A stretch of DNA of 17,900 nt from Candidatus Jordarchaeales archaeon (GTDB taxonomy: Archaea; Asgardarchaeota; Jordiarchaeia; Jordiarchaeales; Freyrarchaeaceae): the NCBI GenBank assembly GCA_038858525.1, contig JAWCFL010000020.1:15803-33702 (forward strand). Direction: 5' to 3'. Shown here piece after piece: positions 7,867-16,001 of this stretch. Every line of letters begins with the position of its first letter. Position 1 is the first letter of the stretch. The notes under the pieces are model-generated. The model was not told the DNA's origin. It was given only the letters and a program-made list of their open reading frames with translations, and searched no databases. The position numbers and the translations under genes were made by a program.

Positions 7867-8208
7867 TTAGCAAGTTCCTCTGAGCCTCGTAGGAGTATAA
7901 TTTGTAACACGTAGCTCCTTATACCAGTACCCTGAGTAGTCCACGTGAACCTCGTCTGGGAGGTAATCATATGCGTCCTCGTGCACGTAAACCCTCAGCC
8001 CATTTACGGGGCTTTCCTCCTTGAAGCCACCCGCCTGCAAAACCTCTTTCTCGTGGTATACTCCTGCACGCACCTCAATTCTGCTACTCCTTCAAGAATA
8101 CACTCGCTCAGCCCAGACAGCTAAAACAGGATTCCCGCCTTCCCTAGTTATTCTCTCTGCCGCAGCAGTAACATAGTCTTGGGCACTTTCGGTCAACTTG
8201 AATCTCAT
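7867..8208 (-). CDS. HesB/IscA-like (CC/Se-motif type) selenoprotein, 113 aa, Sec at codon 39 (TGA 8094-8092)
   Basis: Continuous frame from ATG 8208: MRFKLTESAQDYVTAAAERITREGGNPVLAVWAERVYS-U-RSSRIEVRAGVYHEKEVLQAGGFKEESPVNGLRVYVHEDAYDYLPDEVHVDYSGYWYKELRVTNYTPTRLRGTC*. It shows HesB-fold hallmarks (LTESA, NGLRVYV..DA..YL..V.VDY, terminal GTC) and has a SECIS-like element downstream. Confidence 0.8.
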
Positions 8209-8227
8209 ACTTATCCCCTGAAACTCC

Positions 8228-8244
8228 CTTTTCAAGCTGAAAAG
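8228..8244. repeat. Palindromic motif CTTTTCA-agc-TGAAAAG, copy 1, upstream of the selenoprotein gene
   Basis: 7-bp inverted arms with a 3-nt spacer. The core TTTCAAGCTGAAA recurs at 11216-11228. Confidence 0.45.
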
Positions 8245-8554
8245 TCTCAAGCGCTCTTCAAATACCTTTCCCTTCCCCCATGCTCTTTCCTGGACTTCCT
8301 AAGATATAAGTGAAACGTTTTCTTTAATTAGTGCTGATCCAAGCAAAGACCGTTGAGGGTGAATAAAAGTAGAAGGAGAGCCATTCTGATTCTTAAGTGG
8401 AAAGGGAGATTTCTGGCCTCCTATGGCGTACAAGGTGAATATAGAAACTGTATTGGTTCCTCGAACCTCATTTAAAAGAAAAATAAAAAATTAAGTCATA
8501 AAACCTCGTAACTCGTCTATTCAGCCTCTTTTTTGGGCAATGCATTCCTAATAA

Positions 8555-9757
8555 TCACTCAGACCTGAAGCTTTCCTTAATAGAGAGTTTCAGTGGCTTC
8601 TTTAGTAGATTTGCGGTGGCGAGAACTGCTAGTCCTATTAGTAGAAACGCCAGGAAACCGGTGGCTCCCTGAGCAAAGGATGGCAAGAACTGCGGCGTTC
8701 TGGATGATAGCCAAACTCCTATAGCGAGTGGAGTTACGGTTAAGGCTAAAAGGAGGACCATGTGAGGTAGCGCCTCCATTTTTGTGGCTTCTTTTTTCGG
8801 AAGTTCGACGAGCTTTAAAGCTACGGGAACAGCGAGGAATGGGAGGTAGACTCCGGCAACTTCTATCGTTACGTCGAAGAAGTAGCCTAAACCAGCACTG
8901 GTCAGGTTAGCGGGAACCATTAGGAAAACTGGGACAACTAACGGGTAAATGGATATCACAACTGGTAGCCCGTAGCTGACCCATACGAGTCTTAACAAAG
9001 CTTGAGCTGGGTCTAGTATTGTAAGCGTCATGCTGGCAGGGTCAAACCCGACAGATAACAGGGGGACACCAACCCACCGCTTGAATCCCACAAGTTGCCC
9101 CATGAGAGATGCGTACGACGTGTATATTACGAGGTAAACGAAGTAATGCGATGTTAGCTTCCACAACGAGTAACTTCTCCTCCAGGCAGTTATGGCCAAG
9201 CCCAGCGCCGTCATGGACAATAATCCTCCAACCGACGAGGGGTTAAACACCCACCTGACACTGTAAGTCGCATTCCAGACGGGGACACCTAGTAGTAGCA
9301 TGGCAGGGTGAAGAATGCCCATCCGTGCCCCCAAGGTCTCAAAGAATCCTTCCACGAAAAGGTAAAGCGCCATGAAACCCAGAACTCCAGCAACTCCCCT
9401 AAACCTCCCATGATAAAGGTTCACGGCGAACAGGTAAGCTAGAAGCACAGGCAAGGCCCCGTCAGTCACCCCCCTAAGCAGAGCTGGGACAAGCTCGGAA
9501 ACAGTAATTCCACCCATAAGCTGGACAGGAGTCACCAGCCGTCCCCCTGAAACAACCCAGTAAACTTCACTAAGCGACCAAGACACAAGAGATAACAGAA
9601 AAACCCACAGAGCTCCTTTGTCACCCATTCTAACGGCGTGAGCCAAAAGAAGAACAGTCAAAGCTACAACCACAATGGCACCAGTATAAAAGTAACCGTT
9701 AGCTGTTCTCACAATGTAGACCAAGCTAGCTAAAACCTCGAACATACACCCAACCAC
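8555..9757 (-). CDS. Multi-pass integral membrane protein of unknown function (paralog A)
   Basis: About 400 aa with many hydrophobic helices; colinear homolog of 9931-11169. Probable start ATG 9745. Confidence 0.85.
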   Translation of the reverse strand: MVGCMFEVLASLVYIVRTANGYFYTGAIVVVALTVLLLAHAVRMGDKGALWVFLLSLVSWSLSEVYWVVSGGRLVTPVQLMGGITVSELVPALLRGVTDGALPVLLAYLFAVNLYHGRFRGVAGVLGFMALYLFVEGFFETLGARMGILHPAMLLLGVPVWNATYSVRWVFNPSSVGGLLSMTALGLAITAWRRSYSLWKLTSHYFVYLVIYTSYASLMGQLVGFKRWVGVPLLSVGFDPASMTLTILDPAQALLRLVWVSYGLPVVISIYPLVVPVFLMVPANLTSAGLGYFFDVTIEVAGVYLPFLAVPVALKLVELPKKEATKMEALPHMVLLLALTVTPLAIGVWLSSRTPQFLPSFAQGATGFLAFLLIGLAVLATANLLKKPLKLSIKESFRSE

Positions 9758-9930
9758 CTACCTGAAGCCCAGTAACCAGCTCAGCCTCGAAACACTATTT
9801 TTTTATCTCTTCTAAGCATAAAAAGTCTTCTTTTCATCTTTTCTTTGTTCCCACCAGTAACCTATCTTTCAACGGACATGAATAAGTAAAGGAAAGTGAA
9901 AGTTCTAAAATACAGTAAAATAAAGATAAT

Positions 9931-11169
9931 TTGGAGGCTGATCGCTTGACGGTTAGCTTGCTCTACCTTTTGGCTAGTTACGTCTTGGCTAATCAGATGT
10001 GCATTGTGAGGACAAGCAACGGCTACTTTTACACCGGCGCTTTGATAGTCGTTGCCATGACCTTTGTGCTTCTCGCATACCTGCTTAGGAAAGGCGAGCG
10101 AGGGGCGGCGTGGGTTTTCCTGATGGCGTCCATCGCTTGGACGACGGTTGAAGTGTACATTGCGTTGTCAGGAATAAGAGCCGTTAACCCATTAATGCTG
10201 ATGGGCGGAGTATGGCTTCCCACATGGGTTCCAGCCGTGATAAGGGGAATAACCGATGGAGCCCTACCAGCCCTCCTAGGATATCTTTTCGCTAGGACTC
10301 TGAATCTTAAGAACTACACGGCGTCGCTTCTAATACTCCTCTTTACGCTAGCCTTTCTTGGCATTGAAAGGAGCGTTGAGAGCATCGGAGTCGCAGCTGG
10401 CGTGCTCCACCCATCCATGGGGCTACTGGGAATCCCAGTATGGAACTCAACCTACAGCATAAGGTGGATCTTCAACCCTGTTTCAGTGGGCGGGCTACTC
10501 GTAATGACCTTAATAGGGCTGGCATTGCTCATGCGCATAAACGGCAGAGGTTTCTGGGTCTTCACGACGCATTACTTTCTCTACATAGTTTATTACGCGT
10601 TATGCTTCATCCTTATCCCCCAACAGTTCGGCTTCAGAAGGTGGGTAGGCGTACCTTTACCATTTGCAGGCTTTGACCCCGAAATAATGTCAATCACACT
10701 TCTCGACCCAGCTCAGTCACTCATAAGATCCCTCTGGTTGGGATACGGGTTACCAATAATAATACCCTTCTACCACACGGCGATCCCCATCCTAGTACTG
10801 TTCCCAGCCGATCTTTTCGGGGCGAGCGTCACATATCTCTTCGACGCAACAATAGAGATTGCAGGCGTCTACATTCCTTACCTAACAATACCGGTCGCTC
10901 TCAGACTGGTGGAAAAACCCGAAAACGGCACTTCAACAATAAGCCTCATGCTTCACGCCACCATCCTACTATCACTCACTGTGGGACCAATAACAATGGC
11001 TCTCTGGTTATCCGCATCCTCGATGAACTTCCTCCCCAACCTTTTAGAAGGCGCCGCCACAGGACCAGTATCCCTTCTAGTAGGAGTCGCGGTGCTAGCA
11101 GTGACACGCTACCTCACCGAGAAAACCAGAAAAAAGAGAAATACCGAAAAAGACAAAGGGAAGCAGTAA
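9931..11169 (+). CDS. Multi-pass integral membrane protein of unknown function (paralog B)
   Basis: Shares IVRTxNGYFYTGA, RGxTDGALP, YSxRWxFNP, GFxRWVGVP and FDxTIExAGVY with paralog A. Basic C-terminal tail. Start may be ATG 9997. Confidence 0.85.
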   Translation: MEADRLTVSLLYLLASYVLANQMCIVRTSNGYFYTGALIVVAMTFVLLAYLLRKGERGAAWVFLMASIAWTTVEVYIALSGIRAVNPLMLMGGVWLPTWVPAVIRGITDGALPALLGYLFARTLNLKNYTASLLILLFTLAFLGIERSVESIGVAAGVLHPSMGLLGIPVWNSTYSIRWIFNPVSVGGLLVMTLIGLALLMRINGRGFWVFTTHYFLYIVYYALCFILIPQQFGFRRWVGVPLPFAGFDPEIMSITLLDPAQSLIRSLWLGYGLPIIIPFYHTAIPILVLFPADLFGASVTYLFDATIEIAGVYIPYLTIPVALRLVEKPENGTSTISLMLHATILLSLTVGPITMALWLSASSMNFLPNLLEGAATGPVSLLVGVAVLAVTRYLTEKTRKKRNTEKDKGKQ

Positions 11170-11214
11170 CCGCCAAATACCCCCTCTTTCTCATTTATGA
11201 ATTCTTTCCTTTTC

Positions 11215-11229
11215 CTTTCAAGCTGAAAG
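11215..11229. repeat. Palindromic motif CTTTCA-agc-TGAAAG, copy 2, directly upstream of a TATA-like box (TTTTTATA, about 11233-11240)
   Basis: Same 13-nt core as 8230-8242, in the intergenic region before the acyl-CoA synthetase gene. Confidence 0.45.
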
Positions 11230-11431
11230 CAGTTTTTATATTTCAGTTAATTGGTCACAAGAACCTCAAATGTCTACGGACAAGTAATATCGCTGTATTG
11301 TTTTTAATGCTTAGAAAACTGGTTCTTTCTTGCATTTATCTCAATTAAACTATTTTATTCATACGAAAAATTTAATTTAAATAGGGAATTTTTATGTCTT
11401 AAACTTCATCTCACTTGACGGCTGGTGTTTA

Positions 11432-12916
11432 GTGATGAAAACTTATGAATTTAAGGATCTCCTTGACCCCGAGTCGGTTGCCGTGGTTGGCTCAACAAGC
11501 AGAAACAGGTTCTACTTTCTCAGGTCACTAGTGTCAGCTGGGTTTAAGGGTGCGATCTACCCTGTTAATCCTAACGTTAAGGCAGCCTTTGGGCACAAGT
11601 TCTACCCGAGCCTTCTTGACGTCCCGGACAAAGTTGACCTAGTTATATCCGAGGTCCCCGCCCGCGTGACGCCAAGGATCATAGAGGAATGCGTTAAGAA
11701 AGAAGCGAAAGGAGTTGTGGTCTTCGCGTCAGGCTTCAGTGAAGCTGGGACGGAGGAGGGCGTGCGGCTGGAGAAGGAGATCGTGAGAATCGCTAGAGAT
11801 GGCGGAGTAAGGATAATAGGCCCTAACTGTTTGGGGATATATCACCCTGAGCACGGGCTCGCCTTCAGACCTGACCTTCCCCGCGACCCCGGACCCGTTG
11901 GTTTCGTGTCTCAGAGTGGGGGGCACGCTATAAACTTCGCCTTAATAGGCAAGGTGACGGGGTTAAGGTTCAGCACCGTTGTCAGCTTTGGCAACGGGTG
12001 CGACGTAGACGCAGCCGAAGTTCTGGACTACTTGACTGATGATCCTAAAACGAAGGTGATATCCGTTTATGTTGAAGGCGTGCGGGATGGGCGCCGGTTC
12101 TTCAGTTCGCTTAAGAGGGCTGCTGCTAGGAAGCCCGTGGTTGTCTGGAAGGGTGGGAGAACCGAGGTTGGCAGTAGAGCCGTAGCATCGCACACCGGGT
12201 CCCTAGCAGGGTCGCCCAAAGTATGGGAGTCGGTGATACAGCAGTGCAACGCTGTTCCGGTTAAAAGCTTCTACGAGATGGTGGATACCGTACTCGCCTT
12301 CATGTTTTGCCCGAGGGTTGAAGGGCGGCGGGTTGGCTTGGTTTCGATCAGTGGTGGGTCTGGCGTGGTCAACTCCGACTACTGCTCGGAGGTGGGGCTC
12401 GAAGTACCCCAGCTAAGTGAAAATGCGAGGGAGAAGATGTCCAGAGCCATACAGAACGTCGGGACCAGCGTGGCGAACCCAATAGACCTAGCCGGCTCGT
12501 TCATGAGCCCGATCGCCGTTAAGACAGTCTTTGAAACACTAAAGGAGGAAGACAACATAGACTCGGTGATCTTCGAACTGGCAGTACAGTATCCATCCTT
12601 CTACGCTGACTTCATAGACGACCCGTCGCTATCTGTAAAATTCTACAATATGCTTGTCGAGGAGTGCCGAGAAGCTGGGAAAGTAAAACCCGTGCTAGTC
12701 GCCATACCTCAAGTCGCATATGAGGAAGCTCAAAGATACGTGCGTGACGTTTTCGTCCAAGCCAAGCTTCCAGTTTTCCCTAGCGTTGAAAGAGCCGCCA
12801 ACGCCCTTAAAAACATCATAAACTACTACACCAAGAACACTACGAATCAGTCATTGCATACAGCTACTTCATCATTAACAGCTGAGAAGTCAAAAGAAGC
12901 AAAAACGCGGTATTGA
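11432..12916 (+). CDS. NDP-forming acyl-CoA synthetase (acetate-CoA ligase, ADP-forming) alpha-type subunit / CoA-binding protein
   Basis: CoA-binding domain (SVAVVGS, YPVNP, YPSLLDVPDKVDL), GPNCLG, SQSGG, SFGN, KGGRT, phospho-His motif ASHTGSLAG, SGGSGV, NPIDL. No ATP-grasp domain is fused. Confidence 0.9.
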   Translation: MMKTYEFKDLLDPESVAVVGSTSRNRFYFLRSLVSAGFKGAIYPVNPNVKAAFGHKFYPSLLDVPDKVDLVISEVPARVTPRIIEECVKKEAKGVVVFASGFSEAGTEEGVRLEKEIVRIARDGGVRIIGPNCLGIYHPEHGLAFRPDLPRDPGPVGFVSQSGGHAINFALIGKVTGLRFSTVVSFGNGCDVDAAEVLDYLTDDPKTKVISVYVEGVRDGRRFFSSLKRAAARKPVVVWKGGRTEVGSRAVASHTGSLAGSPKVWESVIQQCNAVPVKSFYEMVDTVLAFMFCPRVEGRRVGLVSISGGSGVVNSDYCSEVGLEVPQLSENAREKMSRAIQNVGTSVANPIDLAGSFMSPIAVKTVFETLKEEDNIDSVIFELAVQYPSFYADFIDDPSLSVKFYNMLVEECREAGKVKPVLVAIPQVAYEEAQRYVRDVFVQAKLPVFPSVERAANALKNIINYYTKNTTNQSLHTATSSLTAEKSKEAKTRY

Positions 12917-12943
12917 AACTGAAGTGGCGCATCTCTCCCCTTT

Positions 12944-13945
12944 CTATGTTGGCTCAAAGTAAAGTTTTCCTTCTTTCATCGTGAACCTTACTTTTCCCTC
13001 CTTGATAAGCTTGTTTAGGTATCCTAGGGTAGCCCCCCTCACAAGGTATATGTCGTTGACCTGGCCATAAAGTTCCCTAACTATAGCTTCAAGGTCCTTT
13101 CTGCCCTCTTGGAGAATCTCAACAAGCTTTCTCTCCCTAGACTTCTTCCTCTCTAATGTCTCTGCTATCCTCCCGTATGGGTCAGTAGATACTGGGCCAT
13201 GAGCTGGGAAAATGATTCTCACTTCTAAACCAAGAAGCTTCTCTAACGACTTCATGTAGAGATCTATATCCCCCTCAAACCACCATGATTCTCCCTCCTC
13301 TCTCTCAACCCCGTAGAATATGCCTCCGAAACCTGACCCAACGAAAGGTGTCCCCTCACCCAACACGTGGTCTCCGGTAAAGAGCGCCTTCCGCTCCTCA
13401 TCGTAGAGGCATATATGGCCAAGCGAGTGCCCGGGCGTATGTATCACCTTTAACTCACGTGACCCCAAGTCTATAATGTCTCCATCCCTCACCCTATGAT
13501 CCACGCTGGTCACTTTCACCATGAGGTTGAAACGCATGATAATCTTTAACCGCTCCCTATCCCAAACCGGCATTTCAACCCGGTCTATGAGCTTCCCGAG
13601 CTTCAGCACGGCTTCATGAAACCCCTCTATGGCGTCCGCCGCTATAACGTGCGCATAGACATCCGCCCCAGTCCTGTCCTTTACATCCTTATTTCCACCA
13701 AAGTGCTCGATGTGCTCGTGAGTGGTGATTATATGCTCAAGGTCGCTCACTCTAATTCCCGCTTCCTCAACTCCCCTAAGCACTCTTTCAACCGAGATCT
13801 GGTCCCCGATCCCCGTATCGATGACCGCTGGCTTTTCTTCCTTCAGAATGTAAACGTTAAGATAATCTGTTCCCCTAAACGGCAGGGGCAAAGTCATCCT
13901 GTAGACTCCCTTAATAACCTCCTCCAAAATAACCACCATAAACAA
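12944..13945 (-). CDS. Metallo-beta-lactamase fold hydrolase with C-terminal winged-helix (LACTB2/MBLAC-like)
   Basis: IDTG, THEHIEHFGG, HTPGHSLGH, TGDHVLG, PAHG and a C-terminal helical/wHTH tail (YLNKLIKEGKV). Start TTG 13945 or ATG 13939. Confidence 0.9.
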   Translation of the reverse strand: MFMVVILEEVIKGVYRMTLPLPFRGTDYLNVYILKEEKPAVIDTGIGDQISVERVLRGVEEAGIRVSDLEHIITTHEHIEHFGGNKDVKDRTGADVYAHVIAADAIEGFHEAVLKLGKLIDRVEMPVWDRERLKIIMRFNLMVKVTSVDHRVRDGDIIDLGSRELKVIHTPGHSLGHICLYDEERKALFTGDHVLGEGTPFVGSGFGGIFYGVEREEGESWWFEGDIDLYMKSLEKLLGLEVRIIFPAHGPVSTDPYGRIAETLERKKSRERKLVEILQEGRKDLEAIVRELYGQVNDIYLVRGATLGYLNKLIKEGKVRFTMKEGKLYFEPT

Positions 13946-14053
13946 GTCATCACTCAGTAACCAAGCACATTAACCATAAATTCTTGTCTTTATCGTTGCT
14001 TACAACGAACTCCTCTCCTTTAAGAATTAGAAAAAGGAAATTAAAAAATCGCT

Positions 14054-14998
14054 TTATTGCAGCTTCATTAATATGTGCATCATTTCTTCTCTGGGCGGAA
14101 GCTTCGCTATTAGCTCCCGTAACTTTGGCCCTATCTCCTCAGGCGTCAGGAACCCCTTCTTCGATATGGGGCCTATCGATGTCCAGCTTTGCAATACCCA
14201 TATGTTACCTCCAACCACCCTGATGACCTGCCCGGTTATGTCCTTCGCCTCGTCCGAAGCCAAGTATGCTACGAGGGGAGCTATGCTGTGCGGGTCTAGG
14301 ACGTCGTACCCATACTTTTTCGTCATCTCTTCAGGCGTGCTCATTAACGGCTTAAGGGATGGTGTGGCGTCGGTCGTCAACCTCGTCCGAGCCATAGGAA
14401 CTATCACGTTCGCCGTTACACCATACTTCGCCATCTCCTTGGCCACTATCAAGGTGAAAGCAGTTATCCCTGCTTTCGCCGCCCCATAATTGCTCTGTCC
14501 AGGGTTGTAAAGAAGCCCTGCGTCCGAAGCAGTATTTATTATTCTCCCAGCTACCGGCTTGCCCGCTTTAGACTCCTCCCTCCAGTAGGCGCACGCATGC
14601 CTAGTGCAGTTAAATGTACCTTTAAGGTGAACGTTTATCACAGCGTCCCACTCCTCCTCCGTCATGTTAAATATCATCCTGTCCCTTAGAATTCCAGCGT
14701 TATTAACAAGTATGTCGAGCTTGCCGAACGACTCTATCGCCGTGTCAATTATCCTTTTAGCCGCCTGAAAACTCGATACGTCATCGTAGTTTGGTACAGC
14801 TTCGCCCCCCATTTCCTTTATCTCCCTGACGACGTCATCCGCTGGTCCCTGGTGTTTTCCTGTACCATCAAAGCTTCCTCCAACATCGTTAACCACGACC
14901 TTCGCGCCTTCCCTAGCCAGCATTAAAGATTCTCCTCTTCCTATCCCTCTCCCGGCACCTGTAACTATGGCCACCTTACCCTTCAGCAACCCGGCCAA
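14054..14998 (-). CDS. Classical SDR oxidoreductase, similar to the hydroxyacyl-CoA dehydrogenase domain of MFE-2/HSD17B4
   Basis: TGAGRGIG, VVVNDVGG, NNAGILRD, catalytic S...YGAAK, PMARTRLT, VAYLASD. Start moved to TTG 14998 (after GGGAGGA) because the ORF track start at 15046 abuts the TATA box. Confidence 0.92.
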   Translation of the reverse strand: MAGLLKGKVAIVTGAGRGIGRGESLMLAREGAKVVVNDVGGSFDGTGKHQGPADDVVREIKEMGGEAVPNYDDVSSFQAAKRIIDTAIESFGKLDILVNNAGILRDRMIFNMTEEEWDAVINVHLKGTFNCTRHACAYWREESKAGKPVAGRIINTASDAGLLYNPGQSNYGAAKAGITAFTLIVAKEMAKYGVTANVIVPMARTRLTTDATPSLKPLMSTPEEMTKKYGYDVLDPHSIAPLVAYLASDEAKDITGQVIRVVGGNIWVLQSWTSIGPISKKGFLTPEEIGPKLRELIAKLPPREEMMHILMKLQ

Positions 14999-15046
14999 GA
15001 CAACATCCTCCCTTTTCCCTTCTGATGAAGGGAAAAACTGACCCAA

Positions 15047-15060
15047 GTATAAGCTTTTCG
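15047..15060 (-). promoter_or_regulatory. BRE + TATA promoter of the SDR gene
   Basis: Minus strand CGAAAAG-CTTATAC fits the archaeal BRE-TATA layout, about 50 nt upstream of TTG 14998. Confidence 0.6.
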
Positions 15061-15166
15061 TTCAAGCACTCCCAAGGTTGACGTGCTCACCACTCTCATT
15101 TCCCCCACTCGAAAACAGTTTTTAAACGCTTAAAGCATCCAAACATGTTCTTAGAGGTGTTACAGT

Positions 15167-15823
15167 ATGAGGAGGGAGCCTCCAGAAAAAGTGGAAGTTA
15201 AAGTCGTTGTTTTTGACTTCGACGGGGTCCTATATGAGGGAGATCACAGCGTTCGCTTTGCTGATGAGCTGGGCTTCGGCGACGCTGCACGCAAACTTTA
15301 CAGCGCAATGGTGAGGGGCGAAATCAGCTTCGAGGAGGGGCTGAGGCGGGGTGCTGAACTATGGCGTGGTGTTTCGGTTGAAGCTGTTAAAAAGGCCATG
15401 GGCAGGTTAGAACTTAGAGCTGGGGTCGAAGAAACATTCATCACTCTGAGAAGCCTTGGGTATAGGACTGCACTCGTCAGTTGCGGCGGTAGCAACATAG
15501 GTTTCCTTCCCGTAAAAAAGCGTCTGGGAATAAACTACGTTTACAGCAACCCCATGGAGTCCAGGAAAGGCGTCTTGACGGGGAGGATAGCCGGTAGCCC
15601 GATGACGCCTAAAAGGAAAGCTGAAGTTCTGGCCATGATCGCTGAGAGGGAGGGAGTAACACTTGCCGAGTGCGCAGCGGTCGGAAACGACGCTCTGGAT
15701 ATTCCCATGTTCAAGTTAGCTGGGCTAACCATAGGCGTTAATCCATCACCTGAAGCCCAAAAATACGTAATGTTCTCCATCAACCTCTCAAACATGAAAG
15801 ACATACTAAAATACTTAACCTAA
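15167..15823 (+). CDS. HAD-superfamily phosphatase, phosphoserine phosphatase (SerB)-like, C1 cap
   Basis: FDFDGVL (motif I), VSCG (II), K (III), GNDALD (variant IV); GEISFEEGLRR cap motif; GAGGTG RBS. Confidence 0.8.
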   Translation: MRREPPEKVEVKVVVFDFDGVLYEGDHSVRFADELGFGDAARKLYSAMVRGEISFEEGLRRGAELWRGVSVEAVKKAMGRLELRAGVEETFITLRSLGYRTALVSCGGSNIGFLPVKKRLGINYVYSNPMESRKGVLTGRIAGSPMTPKRKAEVLAMIAEREGVTLAECAAVGNDALDIPMFKLAGLTIGVNPSPEAQKYVMFSINLSNMKDILKYLT

Positions 15824-16001
15824 CAGAACCGGTTAAATTACGCCATCACCACCCGTAACTTACCTTTTCCTCCCAATTTTGTTGATGCTCTTCAACGGTG
15901 TATTCAGTTTTAACATGATGTTTTTTGTATTGTGAAAAAAGTTAAAGATAAAAGGTTCGCTTGCTCAATTATACTGAGCAGGCTTGTTTTGAAGGGCGGT
16001 A

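Noticed and set aside
7867-8073. 68-aa ORF as a stand-alone gene, or the locus as a pseudogene
   Set aside because: The upstream in-frame segment supplies the missing HesB N-terminus, there is only one stop and it falls at the Cys/Sec position, and a SECIS-like element follows. A selenoprotein explains all of this better, though a pseudogene cannot be fully excluded without homolog data.
13616-14489. Plus-strand ORFs 13616-13960, 13984-14223 and 14073-14489
   Set aside because: Antisense shadows of the MBL and SDR genes.
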